The notes: generated by a model not told the origin, from the sequence alone. DNA of 64,000 bases from an uncultured Gammaproteobacteria bacterium (GCA_964629685.1 CAZVTT010000001.1:513319-577318); one strand, 5' to 3'. Counted from the stretch's first letter, positions 1 to 10,614 are shown. Translations and numbers: made by a program.

Positions 1-101
1 TTTTTGTTTGGAATTTTTTCACGATCTCATAGGGACATCTCTAGACAAGAAGGATTAATTCTGATGGGACTTTTCTGCGTTTTTGCCTTATTTAGCTTTA
101 C

Positions 102-473
102 TTAGTGTTTGCCCATAGCAGCATATATTTGGTCATCGGTCATACCGAAGTGATGTCCTATTTCGTGAACAACAGTTTCCTTTATCTGTTCTTTGATTGC
201 TATCGGGTCATATCCGCGGTACGTAAGAATTGGTCCGGCAAATATCGTTATTTTATCCGGTAGTGCGCCGTAGTAATTGAGTCTTTGGGTTTGCGGTATA
301 CCCTGATATAACCCGTATAGTGTCTGCCCCTGATGCACACCGCCTAAGCGTAGTTGATCGTACGTCGGCCATATTTCGACCGTTATTTGTACGTTATCAA
401 GCCTTTTGGCAAATTGTTCCGGTAGACTGTCCAGTGCTTCGCTTACGAGTTGTTCAAACTCTTCTCTGGTCAT
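102..473 (-). CDS. Zincin-like minimal metallopeptidase family protein
   Basis: LYGLYQG...LPDKITIF and HEIGHHFG (HExxH) motifs typical of the Zincin_1 family. Confidence 0.85.
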   Translation of the reverse strand: MTREEFEQLVSEALDSLPEQFAKRLDNVQITVEIWPTYDQLRLGGVHQGQTLYGLYQGIPQTQRLNYYGALPDKITIFAGPILTYRGYDPIAIKEQIKETVVHEIGHHFGMTDDQIYAAMGKH

Positions 474-625
474 AGAATTTTCCTTTCGATAAACATCTCA
501 AACAATAATGCCTGCGAATAGAAAAAAGGAAAAATACTAAGGAATAATTACGGAAATACGAAGATAAATGCGCGAGTTAATAGTACTTATCCAAATTCAC
601 AAATGCAACGGTCAAAATGTAAAAG

Positions 626-2020
626 TTATTTGATGTTTGCCAAATCCCCCACGATCGTAATGGCCGGAGGTACTGTAAGGAAATAATCCTGCCACCGTTG
701 AAAATGTGCCAATGTAGCGGATGCCGGCCTGTCGGCTAACGCATCAAAATTCATCATCTGTCCGTACTGTTGGAGTCCGGTCTTTGCAAAGCTATACCGT
801 CCCTGTACGGACTTGGGAACTGCTTTTCTGCGAAGAGCTTCCCGCTGCAAATGGCCCTGAATGCGTTGGGTATCTACCAATCCGAATACCCGGGGAAGTA
901 TTTTTTTAGCTCCCATACTGGCTATTTGTTCATAGTCAGAAGTTTTATCGATTGTAAATTCTGCAGTACAAATTACCGTTTGTTCTCCCGGTGTAATGGT
1001 AGAAGCTCCGGGATTGTACGAAAGCCCGTTAGCGCGGATTACCTGATTCATTCCGTTATCCATAAATCCGACTATAGTCTCCAGTGCATAGTTATCAATA
1101 CTGTATGGTTCGCATTGCATAACCCATAAATATGAAATGGTAATTTTGCCGTTAGTAATGCCGGTGTCTCTGGTGTATATGGCACCCGGAGTAAACGCAG
1201 GATTGGTCCTTTCAAAAACTGCCCTGTTTGTGGATAGCGGATGTTTATCTGCGCGGGGAAAACCGTCAACCAACCTTCTGAGTTCATCAAAAACTGTTTT
1301 GTGTACAGGCATGTTGTATTCGCTGGTAATTGCGGCCGCTACCATACCGCGTGGAATTACGCTCTGATGGGCAATGGCGAGTATGTCCGCGGCTGTAATG
1401 TTGGCGACATCTTCCGGAGTACCGAATGCCCGCATAAGTACCGGGTTATCGGGACTGAGTGTTACTTGTTGGTTAAATAAATCGGCTCGGAATTGATGAC
1501 TGGCATATTTTAGGGATATTTCATTTACAACATTGCCTGTTTCTACGGCTACTGCATGTTCTAAATCTATAGTCATTTGTTCCGGTTCATAAAGCGTATG
1601 AGCCAGCAGTGGGATTATGGGCCAGATACCAATTTCGCGCACCTGGGGATTGGCAAGTCCCGCAAGTTTAAATTCTAAATGCGAGGGGGAAGTACCGGCG
1701 TTAAATATAGTTTCATAGTGTCTGGCAAGAACTCCGGGATTGTTGGCGGCCAGGTGTTCATACATATGTAAGGTACCTGATTTCTGTGGTGGGTCGTGTA
1801 TAGAACCTGTGGGGAAATACAAATACAGTGACGCTTCTACTGCATCCTGTACCGTAAACGGCATCGTCATAACCGTGGCGCCATTTCCGGCGCGGTACAG
1901 TTCTATATGATTATCGGCACAGTATCTATCCTCATCTGCGGGAGAAACGAAGATTTCCGGATCCCGTTGTGTTAACGGAATTTCCGGCGGCGTTGCGGTT
2001 AAATGTTCACCACCAAGCAT
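626..2020 (-). CDS. Divergent M16 (insulinase-like) zinc peptidase
   Basis: Inverted zinc motif HMYEH preceded by GSIHDP..SG, then NAGT and E..VVNE; start moved to ATG 2020, which follows a TATAAT. Confidence 0.7.
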   Translation of the reverse strand: MLGGEHLTATPPEIPLTQRDPEIFVSPADEDRYCADNHIELYRAGNGATVMTMPFTVQDAVEASLYLYFPTGSIHDPPQKSGTLHMYEHLAANNPGVLARHYETIFNAGTSPSHLEFKLAGLANPQVREIGIWPIIPLLAHTLYEPEQMTIDLEHAVAVETGNVVNEISLKYASHQFRADLFNQQVTLSPDNPVLMRAFGTPEDVANITAADILAIAHQSVIPRGMVAAAITSEYNMPVHKTVFDELRRLVDGFPRADKHPLSTNRAVFERTNPAFTPGAIYTRDTGITNGKITISYLWVMQCEPYSIDNYALETIVGFMDNGMNQVIRANGLSYNPGASTITPGEQTVICTAEFTIDKTSDYEQIASMGAKKILPRVFGLVDTQRIQGHLQREALRRKAVPKSVQGRYSFAKTGLQQYGQMMNFDALADRPASATLAHFQRWQDYFLTVPPAITIVGDLANIK

Positions 2021-2297
2021 AATGGTGGGATTATACTGTATTACCGGGGTAAATATATAATTTAGCAAATAAGTGAGTTCTCAAGATTACTGCCGGTATT
2101 GTAGGGGAAAACTGATATGGAATTATAATTTTTTGCTGCGGATTCTATATGAACATATTCAAAAGTTAGGCGAGTAAGAGATTAGTAGTATTAGCAGTAT
2201 AATTTTGTTTATGGTAAGGTTTTCGCATAGAATTATTTATTCTTATATGCATGTAACTACGTTACATTTTAAGAAAAAATAAATATTTATATTGGGT

Positions 2298-2522
2298 ATG
2301 AAAATTAGTGTTATTGTTAAGCCAGGAGTTCGGGAAGATAAAGTAGAAAAAATAGATGCTTCAACGTATTGCGTTTCCGTGAAAGCCAGGCCGGTAGACG
2401 GAAAAGCTAATGAAGCCGTCGTTGCTTTGCTGGCAAAGCAATTTTCCGTTCCCAGAAGAAATGTTTCCGTCCTAACGGGAGCACGCTCGAAAATAAAGCG
2501 TGTAGAAGTTATCGCCAAATAA
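2298..2522 (+). CDS. DUF167 (UPF0235/YggU) family protein
   Basis: V.VKP...V.A.PVDGKAN..V...LA..F.V....V....G..S..K.V pattern. Confidence 0.9.
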   Translation: MKISVIVKPGVREDKVEKIDASTYCVSVKARPVDGKANEAVVALLAKQFSVPRRNVSVLTGARSKIKRVEVIAK

Positions 2523-2580
2523 CTGCAATATCCCAATTGCCACATAACAACCGCTTGGGTGTTCCTGCTATAATCCCTTC

Positions 2581-3297
2581 ATGGACCGGAAAGAGGTTGA
2601 AATTATTTCCCATAATCAGAAAATGATCGGGACTTTGTTTACTCCCGATAATCCGGCTGGACCGTTACCGGCGGTGGTATTTTTTCACGGTCGCGGCAGC
2701 AGCCAGAAACGGTATTTACCCCGGGCGGAAAAGTTGGCGGAACGCGGGTTTGTAACGCTTGCTTTTGATTTTCGCGGCTGCGGCGGAAGTGACGGCGAAT
2801 TCGGTAAATTAACCTTAGAAGATGGTATCACCGACGCCATTACGGCGTATGATTTTTTACTTAAACAACCCCATGTAGACGTAAACCGTGTGGGTATAAA
2901 CGGCGGAAGTTATGGTGGCTATTTAGCGGCGATTATTAGTGCCAAACGTATAGTACCTGCACTGGTACTGGATGCACCGGCGGCTTACAAAGATGAATGG
3001 CTGCAGGTTGGATACGAAGATATTCCGATTGCGGAAGTAGGTACGTTCCGTAAAGACGGGGATATAGCAGGTACGCTATCGTTTTCGTGCATAAAATTGT
3101 ATACCGGTAATTTATTGGTGATCAGACACGAGAAAGACGAAGTTATTCCGCCGATTGTAGTTGAGAGCTATGTGTTATACGCCAAGACGAAACGGAAGGA
3201 AATGATAGTGCTTCCGGGCGCAATCCATAGGTTGGAAGGGGAATCGTACGAGAAAGCTTCAGAATTGACAGTTGAGTGGTTTATAAACAGTTTATAG
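2581..3297 (+). CDS. Alpha/beta hydrolase (peptidase S9/esterase-like)
   Basis: HG oxyanion motif, FDFRGCGGSDG, nucleophile elbow GGSYGG, candidate Asp (DEVI) and His (GAIH). Confidence 0.85.
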   Translation: MDRKEVEIISHNQKMIGTLFTPDNPAGPLPAVVFFHGRGSSQKRYLPRAEKLAERGFVTLAFDFRGCGGSDGEFGKLTLEDGITDAITAYDFLLKQPHVDVNRVGINGGSYGGYLAAIISAKRIVPALVLDAPAAYKDEWLQVGYEDIPIAEVGTFRKDGDIAGTLSFSCIKLYTGNLLVIRHEKDEVIPPIVVESYVLYAKTKRKEMIVLPGAIHRLEGESYEKASELTVEWFINSL

Positions 3298-3384
3298 TAA
3301 GAGAATACAAGCGAGTGCGAATAAAATACGTTTTGTGCTTTTCTGATGAGCGGTGAGTCTGCTCTTGAATAAATGCTGGAATTT

Positions 3385-3828
3385 TTATTTCAGGAATAAC
3401 CGTTCGAACTGGTGGGTAATAATGTGGCGGTATATTTTTTTATCGAGGGGAGCAAAATCCGGGATATCTATACTTCCGTTACAGTTTATATCAGGTTCGG
3501 AACTAATCCAGGTTATGGCGCTATGACTTGAAGAGGGCCGTATGGTTCCGAATTCCGGAAGACTGCATTCATAAAACGACAAGTGAATTTTTGCAAACGG
3601 ATAGGTGTGGTCAAAATCGGCGATGTGATCCAATACCTTTACGTATATTCCCAGTTCTTCGTGAATTTCGCGTATCAGCGCTTGTTCGGCGGTTTCTCCC
3701 TTTTCAATTTTTCCGCCGGGAAATTCCCATTTACCCGCCAGTTCTCCCTTGGCGCGTTGAGCTATAAGATAGGTATTTCCTTCTTGGATAAAAGCAGCGA
3801 CTACGGGAATTGTTGAGTCTAGTGACAT
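3385..3828 (-). CDS. MutT/NudG-like Nudix hydrolase
   Basis: Nudix box GGKIEKGETAEQALIREIHEELG with WEFPGG; ATG 3828 overlaps the end of the upstream cupin. Confidence 0.9.
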   Translation of the reverse strand: MSLDSTIPVVAAFIQEGNTYLIAQRAKGELAGKWEFPGGKIEKGETAEQALIREIHEELGIYVKVLDHIADFDHTYPFAKIHLSFYECSLPEFGTIRPSSSHSAITWISSEPDINCNGSIDIPDFAPLDKKIYRHIITHQFERLFLK

Positions 3829-4166
3829 TGACAGTGTCCGCCGTGACCGCACATACAGCCGTGTTCTTCAGACTCTACCGGTGTTACGACATACACGTAT
3901 TTCAGATCCGTTTCCGCTTTATTGGTAACATTGTGCATTTTTTGTGCCGGAATATATGCAAATCCGGGAGCCTGAACTTCGGCAGATTCCTGCTCCATGG
4001 TTATGGTGGCTGTACCTGCTATTATTACGAGTACTTCTTCCCGGGCATCAGTAGTATGTTCTCCTACGGCTTCACCTGGTTTAAGTACCACGCATCCCGA
4101 TTTAAGTTTATCCGACTGCGGGGGGTGTAGTAATGATTCACGGATGGTAAGTTTTTTTGTATGCAT
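3819..4166 (-). CDS. Cupin-domain protein with His/Cys-rich C-terminal tail
   Basis: LKPGE.VGEH...EE....G and IPA...HNV.N cupin motifs; tail EEHGCMCGHGGHCQCH. Confidence 0.85.
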   Translation of the reverse strand: MHTKKLTIRESLLHPPQSDKLKSGCVVLKPGEAVGEHTTDAREEVLVIIAGTATITMEQESAEVQAPGFAYIPAQKMHNVTNKAETDLKYVYVVTPVESEEHGCMCGHGGHCQCH

Positions 4167-4248
4167 ATGGGTGTATTTTAAACGAAAGGTATACGGACGG
4201 CAATTTGTATATTACTATAAATATGTACTGCAATTATTTGGAGCGAAT

Positions 4249-4443
4249 ATGGTGCTCAGTAAAAAATTTACGGTGTACTGCATAGTTACGGTTACCGCCG
4301 TGCTATTCGGTTTAAAAGTCGGACCCTTTTTTCTGAAACTGATTGCGGCACAAACGGATACGCTGCATACTGTATCCAGCGCACCTCCCGATATGAAAGA
4401 CATACCGGCATCTGCGTTAATCGCTACTCCTACGCCCGAATAA
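4249..4443 (+). CDS. Possible small membrane-anchored protein
   Basis: In-frame ATG in ORF 3997-4443, hydrophobic N-terminal segment and Pro/Thr-rich tail; fills the gap before obg. Confidence 0.35.
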   Translation: MVLSKKFTVYCIVTVTAVLFGLKVGPFFLKLIAAQTDTLHTVSSAPPDMKDIPASALIATPTPE

Positions 4444-4500
4444 AGTGGAAATTTAGCCCGTCCGTATACTCCGGATCACTATGCATGGTAAAATGCGGAT

Positions 4501-5463
4501 ATGTTGGTAGATTCCGTAAAAATTATCGTGCGTGGCGGAGCCGGCGGCAATGGTGCGGCTACGTTATTGCGGAGCGGTTTAACTGCTTTTGGCGGTCCTG
4601 ACGGTGGGAATGGTGGGAACGGCGGAAGTATTTTTTTCCGCGGTACTACCAACCTGAACGATCTTCAACCATTCCGTTTTAAGAAAAAGATTTTAGCGGA
4701 AGACGGCATAGCCGGTAGAGACAAAAAACTTTTTGGCAGAAATGGCAAAGATTTGCTTATCGAACTCCCGATAGGCACCCGCGTTACCGATATAAAGACG
4801 GGGAAGATTGTGGAAATTCAGGATACGGTTACAAAAATTCGAATAGTCCGGGGTGGAAAAGGGGGAAGGGGGAATTGCGAATTTGCGACGGCTACAAACA
4901 GAACGCCGCGCTACGCAGAACCGGGCGGAAAAGGTGAAGAAAAAACGCTACTTCTGGATTTGCGGATAATCGCTAAAATCGGTTTGGTCGGTTTGCCCAA
5001 TGCCGGGAAAAGTAGTTTGCTGGCAGCGCTAACCAATGCCAAGCCGGCTATCGGAGACTACCCGTTTACGACATTGGAACCGAATCTAGGCATGATGGGG
5101 AAATACGCCATTGCCGATATTCCCGGACTTATAGCAGGTGCAGCACAGGGGAAAGGGCTCGGAACTAAATTTTTAAAACATATAGAAAAAACCAAAATTT
5201 TGGTTCACTGCATAGATGTTATGAGTAACGATCCAGTAGGTGATTACGAAACTGTTCGAAAAGAGTTTACCCAGTTTAATCCGGAGCTATTGGAGAAACC
5301 GGAAGTCATTGTGCTCACGAAAACAGATACTGCTGCACCGGAACAGATACAAAAAGTTCAAACACACTTTACGAAAAAACACGGACGTATACTCACATGC
5401 TCCGTCATAGATACGGATAGTTTGGAAGCGTTAAAAGCGTATCTTATTCCCTTAGTCTCATGA
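4501..5463 (+). CDS. obgE: Obg/CgtA GTPase (short form, no C-terminal OCT domain)
   Basis: Gly-rich Obg fold (GGAGGNG, GGPDGGNGGNGG), GLPNAGKS, DYPFTTLEPNLG, DIPGLI, TKTD. Confidence 0.95.
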   Translation: MLVDSVKIIVRGGAGGNGAATLLRSGLTAFGGPDGGNGGNGGSIFFRGTTNLNDLQPFRFKKKILAEDGIAGRDKKLFGRNGKDLLIELPIGTRVTDIKTGKIVEIQDTVTKIRIVRGGKGGRGNCEFATATNRTPRYAEPGGKGEEKTLLLDLRIIAKIGLVGLPNAGKSSLLAALTNAKPAIGDYPFTTLEPNLGMMGKYAIADIPGLIAGAAQGKGLGTKFLKHIEKTKILVHCIDVMSNDPVGDYETVRKEFTQFNPELLEKPEVIVLTKTDTAAPEQIQKVQTHFTKKHGRILTCSVIDTDSLEALKAYLIPLVS

Positions 5464-6183
5464 CCGGTTGTCCGGTTTACGGGCAACCACCAGCAGTGAA
5501 GAACCTATGGGGAGCGAAATCACCTTAAGAATATATGATTCCCACAGACAGATATGCCAAAGCAACGCATTAATAATTCTTGGCGGGATACTTACATCAG
5601 ATCTGTCTGAAAATTTTTCCAGTACCCGGGATAGAACGGTAAGGGGGAACACAAAAAAATAGGTATAAGTGGCTTTCTGGATCGTAAAGCCGGATGTCTT
5701 AATTTTTTTAGTTACATCCGAAAGTGTATAACGAACTCTGGCATGGTTGCGTGTATCGTGCCTGCTCATAAGTTGCGGAACGGCGCAGTCGGTTATGACT
5801 AATAATCCACCAGGTTTTAACGCGTAGTAAAAATTTTGGATTAATGTTTCGTCATTTTTTATATCCGTATGGTAAAGCACATCCAGGCAGGTGATAATAT
5901 CATATGCAGCCTTCGGAAATTTATACGTGTTCAGATCTTGTCGAATAAACGACAGTCCTCTTCTTTTCAAAAATTCCGCAGCAACGGGTGAAGACTCAAT
6001 TCGAGTTACGTTTCCCCATTGTTCTAAAAATTGACTCGTACCTCCGGTACCCGCACCTGCATCCAGAATACGAAGACTACGTTTAGGGATGGGAAGTACT
6101 TTTTTTAAATACTGCCGTTTGGCCAGAAACCACCAATGCGTTTCTTCCGCCGCGAACAGTAATCGGTATTCCTGCGATTCCAT
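5458..6183 (-). CDS. Class I SAM-dependent methyltransferase
   Basis: EETHWWF N-terminus, ILDAGAGTG motif I, LDVLYH, LKPGG. Confidence 0.85.
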   Translation of the reverse strand: MESQEYRLLFAAEETHWWFLAKRQYLKKVLPIPKRSLRILDAGAGTGGTSQFLEQWGNVTRIESSPVAAEFLKRRGLSFIRQDLNTYKFPKAAYDIITCLDVLYHTDIKNDETLIQNFYYALKPGGLLVITDCAVPQLMSRHDTRNHARVRYTLSDVTKKIKTSGFTIQKATYTYFFVFPLTVLSRVLEKFSDRSDVSIPPRIINALLWHICLWESYILKVISLPIGSSLLVVARKPDNRS

Positions 6184-6287
6184 AAAAGAGATACGTATAC
6201 AAGCGTTTTGTTCCTTACGGAATGTATTGTATCAGCTATACTATATTTATTCCGTGCATACACCTACGGAAGTGATTTTATTGTTGT

Positions 6288-7940
6288 ATGATAACAAAAA
6301 AGAATCTTGAAATCGGTTTATTCATCTTTTTTGCGGCATTATCATTATTCTTAACGTCACCGCATCTTACTTCTCAGTACTTTTACCGGCCTAAAGATCA
6401 TGTATTTATAGGGTTAAGTGGCTATTATGAAGATTTTTATTACTATCTTGACCAATTTAATCAGGGAAGGGAAGGCCGCCTTACTACTGAGAACAGGTTT
6501 ACTATAGAACGGTTTCCACCTACCTTTTTGTATTTTAATCATTTACTTTTCGGTAGACTCGGCGGCATGATCGGTCTGGCTGGCTATGAATCGTATAGTT
6601 TATTCGGGTTATTATTTAAATTGTTGTTTATTCTTTTCAGTTATCCGGTAATCTGGTTGTTTTTCCGCAGAAATGCTTTCCATAGAATATGTACGTATTT
6701 AATATTTTTGTATTCCAGCAGTCTTCCCAGTATTACGTTTGAAAATTGGACACTATCTATAGAACCGGCAACTGCGCTTTTCCGTACTTCTAATCGGGTG
6801 CTTACCAGATTCGGAACATCACCTAATGGTATGTTGGTTAATTTTTTATTTATTGTATTTTTGTTTATCTTTCTGAAGTTAATGCACGAAGGCTATAGTA
6901 CTAAAACAAAGACTCTCTTTTTGATCGGATTATTAGCACCGTTATTTTTGCTGCTGGCAATCGGAGATATGATTGCGGGGTTGTTCGTGTTACTTATAGG
7001 CATAGTAATTTTGATCGCAAATAGAAAATTAGTGAATATCGGCTCTGCAGTTCGGCTAAAAAGTCTACTTCTAGTGTTTTTAGTTATAACCGGTGTGGTA
7101 TTCGTATATATGATCCGCATTGTGAATCACGATCCCGTCTATAGTTCGGCAAATGACTGGGATGTAAATCAGTATCTGCAACAAATAAAAGCAGTAGGGA
7201 TTATAGGCATGATCCGCGGATTCGGTTTACAGTGGCCTTTGGGTTTATTTGGTGTATTCCTCCTGCTGAGAAAAAAACACGTATCCATTTATGAATCAAT
7301 TGCTACCGCAATTGTCCTTACCAGTTTTACTGGATATTATTTCCCTTTATTACTCCAACTCCCTGTTCCCGGATTTAGATTTATATTTCCTGCGGTATAT
7401 ATATTTCTGGCTGTATTCGTCATGACCGCACTTATCCGCATTTCCGGTCTGATTCAGCGGAAACATACCCTAATGATTTTAATTATCGTGTATATGACTA
7501 TTAATTTAACATCATTTTTACGGGTATGGGTTGATGAATTTCAACCGCTGAAAGAACCACTGTTTCATTTCGCATATATACCCAAAGAGCTCTATCAGGG
7601 ATTCGTATATTTAAGAAATGCTGAACCCAAAGACGGAAACGTATTAGCTTCACCGTACACTTCCATAGACCTGATGATACCGGGTCTAACCGGAAAACAT
7701 TCGTATACAGGTCATTTTTTAACCACATATAACGTGAGTGAGAAAGATGAGAATGCGAATAATTTATTTTTCGTCTGGGCAGACACTCCGCAAACCCATG
7801 AATTTTTACAGAAAAATAATATCCGGTTTATGGTCGTGACGAAATATTCACGGTCGGTTGATTTATTTAAAACCTATTATCCGTTCCTGAAAGTAGTATT
7901 CGAAAATCCAACGGTAACAATTTTCCGTTATGATTTTTAA
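6288..7940 (+). CDS. Polytopic membrane protein, probable GT-C-fold glycosyltransferase
   Basis: About 12 hydrophobic segments, acidic residues in the first external loop (EDFYYYLD), soluble C-terminal domain; lies within a glycosylation cluster. Confidence 0.55.
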   Translation: MITKKNLEIGLFIFFAALSLFLTSPHLTSQYFYRPKDHVFIGLSGYYEDFYYYLDQFNQGREGRLTTENRFTIERFPPTFLYFNHLLFGRLGGMIGLAGYESYSLFGLLFKLLFILFSYPVIWLFFRRNAFHRICTYLIFLYSSSLPSITFENWTLSIEPATALFRTSNRVLTRFGTSPNGMLVNFLFIVFLFIFLKLMHEGYSTKTKTLFLIGLLAPLFLLLAIGDMIAGLFVLLIGIVILIANRKLVNIGSAVRLKSLLLVFLVITGVVFVYMIRIVNHDPVYSSANDWDVNQYLQQIKAVGIIGMIRGFGLQWPLGLFGVFLLLRKKHVSIYESIATAIVLTSFTGYYFPLLLQLPVPGFRFIFPAVYIFLAVFVMTALIRISGLIQRKHTLMILIIVYMTINLTSFLRVWVDEFQPLKEPLFHFAYIPKELYQGFVYLRNAEPKDGNVLASPYTSIDLMIPGLTGKHSYTGHFLTTYNVSEKDENANNLFFVWADTPQTHEFLQKNNIRFMVVTKYSRSVDLFKTYYPFLKVVFENPTVTIFRYDF

Positions 7941-7946
7941 ACCGTT

Positions 7947-9161
7947 CTAAGATCTTGGTTTACCGGCCATGCGAATTTCTTTACAGATATACTCGATATC
8001 CGTTTTAGAAAGTAGTGTGGACGATGGTAAATAAAGTCCATCCCGACAGAGTAATTCCGATACAGGGTAATGTTCTCCTTTAAATCGATGGTGCAACACC
8101 GGTTGCCAATGCATAGGGATAAAGAACGAGCGGGTTTCTATCCCTTTCTTGGCGAGTGAACGTCTGAGTTGATTTTTAGATATTCCAAATATTTTTTGAT
8201 CCACCAGTATTCCAAACATCCAATATACGTTTGTACTGCCTTTCGGTGTTGCAGGAAGTGTTAAGCCGGGAATATCGTTCAGAAATTTTGTGTACCAACC
8301 GGCGTTTCTTAATTTTTTTCCGGTTAATTCCGTAAATCGTTCTATTTGGCCAAACCCGATTGCCGCTTGCAGGTTCGTCATGCGGTAACCGAAGCCTGTC
8401 ATAGTATGCCAAAAATGTCTTTCGTGCGAAAATGCATGCCGACGTAACAGGTCAATCCGTTTGGCAATCTCCGAGTTGTTTGTAGTTACAACTCCGCCTT
8501 CTCCGGAAGATGTGGTTTTATTTGCATACATAGAAAAAGCAGCGACGTCTCCGATAGAACCTACACGCTTTCCGTTACATGCGGCACCTTGGGCTTCAGC
8601 TGCATCTTCTATCAGCCATAGATTATGTTTGCGTGCAAGCTGTTGTAGCGGTTTTAACTCTGCAGGTAGACCATAGATATGAACGGCGATAACGGCTTTG
8701 GTTTTTTTGGTAATTTTTTGCTCGACGTCTTTTGGATTTAGCGTCCACCTGTCCGGTACTGCATCTGCTAAAACTGGCGTAGCACCCGTATACATAACTG
8801 CGTTTATGGTTGCAATCATAGTAAACGTCGGTACTATGACTTCATCGCCCGGCCCAATTCCTAAAGCTGTGAGAGCTGTGTGCAAAGCAGTCGTGCCGCT
8901 ATTAACCGCATATGCATATTTCGTATTTGATATTGTTTCCGCGAAAAGATGTTCCAGTTCTTTAATATATTTCCCTTGAGAAGAAACCCAGGATGATCGG
9001 AATGCCTGTAATAAATATTTCTCTTCCCTTGGTGAAAAATTCGGTTCACAAACGGGAATAATTCGTTTTCCCGATAATTCCGGATCTTGTTCCGGTAAAA
9101 ACGGCAATATTTTTTTATACTCAGCCGTGGGAATTTTATGAATGGGAGCCAATGTTTTCAT
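7947..9161 (-). CDS. DegT/DnrJ/EryC1/StrS PLP aminotransferase (perosamine synthetase-like)
   Basis: NSGTTALH, GPGDEVIVP, IEDAAEAQG, FSMYANK..GEGG, GYRMTNLQAA. Confidence 0.92.
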   Translation of the reverse strand: MKTLAPIHKIPTAEYKKILPFLPEQDPELSGKRIIPVCEPNFSPREEKYLLQAFRSSWVSSQGKYIKELEHLFAETISNTKYAYAVNSGTTALHTALTALGIGPGDEVIVPTFTMIATINAVMYTGATPVLADAVPDRWTLNPKDVEQKITKKTKAVIAVHIYGLPAELKPLQQLARKHNLWLIEDAAEAQGAACNGKRVGSIGDVAAFSMYANKTTSSGEGGVVTTNNSEIAKRIDLLRRHAFSHERHFWHTMTGFGYRMTNLQAAIGFGQIERFTELTGKKLRNAGWYTKFLNDIPGLTLPATPKGSTNVYWMFGILVDQKIFGISKNQLRRSLAKKGIETRSFFIPMHWQPVLHHRFKGEHYPVSELLCRDGLYLPSSTLLSKTDIEYICKEIRMAGKPRS

Positions 9162-9162
9162 A

Positions 9163-9858
9163 TTATTGCGATTCTGAGAAAGCTACAGAAAAATATACGG
9201 GAAACATATTCCATAATTTGGATTTGCTAGTACCTCCGAGGCGTTTCGGATATACCGTCGGTATTTCCATTATACGGAAGCCTTTTTTTCGGGCAGTCAT
9301 TACCAGGCGCAGGTGATATTCTCCATATCCTCGATATATGTGATCCGGTTGTAGTTTTAGCACATCCTGCTTCTTAATTATATAGTAACCGCTGGTATTA
9401 TCCCTGCATGGGTATGAGAATAGAACCCGTATAAGGGAATTAAAAATTAAACTCGAGTAATATCTAAACGGATCATACATACCGCCACCGGGAATAAAAC
9501 GTGAGGCAATAACTAAATCTGCCCGTTTTGTAGCAGAAATGAGCAATGGAAGAGTACCGGGATCATGGTTATAATCCGCGTCCATACCAATAATAAAAAA
9601 ACCCCTCGCTTCCTGAATTCCTATTGCAATAGATTCTGCTAAACCAAGTCGTGTTTTATTTACAATAGACCTAACGGGAATACCGGACCGCGCGGTTTTT
9701 TTTACGATTCGTGCAGTCCCGTCAGGACTGTTATCGTCGATAACCAGAATCTCGTACGGATAGGATTTAAGCTGTTTATGAATAGCGTTAAGCAGTTCAG
9801 CAATAGCATCCGCTTCATTAAATGTGGGTAGGATTACGGAATAGAGAAGTTTTTTCAT
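9163..9858 (-). CDS. GT2 polyprenol-phosphate glycosyltransferase (DPM1-like)
   Basis: LPTFNE, IDDNSPDGT, MDADYNH, IASRF, D.TSGY, R..G.SK. Confidence 0.9.
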   Translation of the reverse strand: MKKLLYSVILPTFNEADAIAELLNAIHKQLKSYPYEILVIDDNSPDGTARIVKKTARSGIPVRSIVNKTRLGLAESIAIGIQEARGFFIIGMDADYNHDPGTLPLLISATKRADLVIASRFIPGGGMYDPFRYYSSLIFNSLIRVLFSYPCRDNTSGYYIIKKQDVLKLQPDHIYRGYGEYHLRLVMTARKKGFRIMEIPTVYPKRLGGTSKSKLWNMFPVYFSVAFSESQ

Positions 9859-9954
9859 TTGTACACTACGTGTTATAAACCGTTATCTGTATAAATTCAA
9901 GGGAATTGCCGGTATTATGGCGATAATGTTTCTACATGATATAATACGGCCACT

Positions 9955-10614
9955 ATGAAAAATAAATCCGTACTTATTGGTATTGCCTTCCTGCTTTTGA
10001 TTGTATTGGGTGGTGGTGCGTACATGATGATGAGTAAATCAGATACGGCTTCTCCGTCAACAGTAGCGGATGCAATGGTTGCTACACCGAGCGGTGGTGG
10101 AAGTGTGCAAAAAACGCTTAAAGAATTATTCACCTCCGGCGTTGCGCAGAAATGTACATTCAGCAATACATCAGAGACACCGGCAGTTCAAGGAGTAACC
10201 TACATATCTTCGGGTAAAGTCCGGGGTGATTTTACCACAGCTATTGCAGACAAAACGATAACAAGCCACATGATCGTTGAAGGAAATACCAACTATATGT
10301 GGACTGATGAACAAAAAATCGGATTTAAAATGACAATGGATACGGACGCTGCTACTACACCAATGCCGACCGGATCAGCTATGTCACAACAGGCGTTTGA
10401 TATGAATAAAACCATGGAGTATAACTGTTCGCCCTGGGTTGTCGATGCCAGTCTGTTTGTACCTCCGACAAATATTGAATTTAGTGATTTCAGTGATATG
10501 TTAAAGTCGTCAGGTGAAGGAATTCCAGCCGGAAACCAGACCGCTTGTAAAGCCTGTGAACAGTTGACCGGTGAATCAAAAACGCAGTGTCAGACTGCTC
10601 TTGGATGCGAATAA
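9955..10614 (+). CDS. Membrane-anchored/secreted hypothetical protein
   Basis: N-terminal TM, low-complexity linker, C-terminal CxxC...C....C. Confidence 0.7.
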   Translation: MKNKSVLIGIAFLLLIVLGGGAYMMMSKSDTASPSTVADAMVATPSGGGSVQKTLKELFTSGVAQKCTFSNTSETPAVQGVTYISSGKVRGDFTTAIADKTITSHMIVEGNTNYMWTDEQKIGFKMTMDTDAATTPMPTGSAMSQQAFDMNKTMEYNCSPWVVDASLFVPPTNIEFSDFSDMLKSSGEGIPAGNQTACKACEQLTGESKTQCQTALGCE

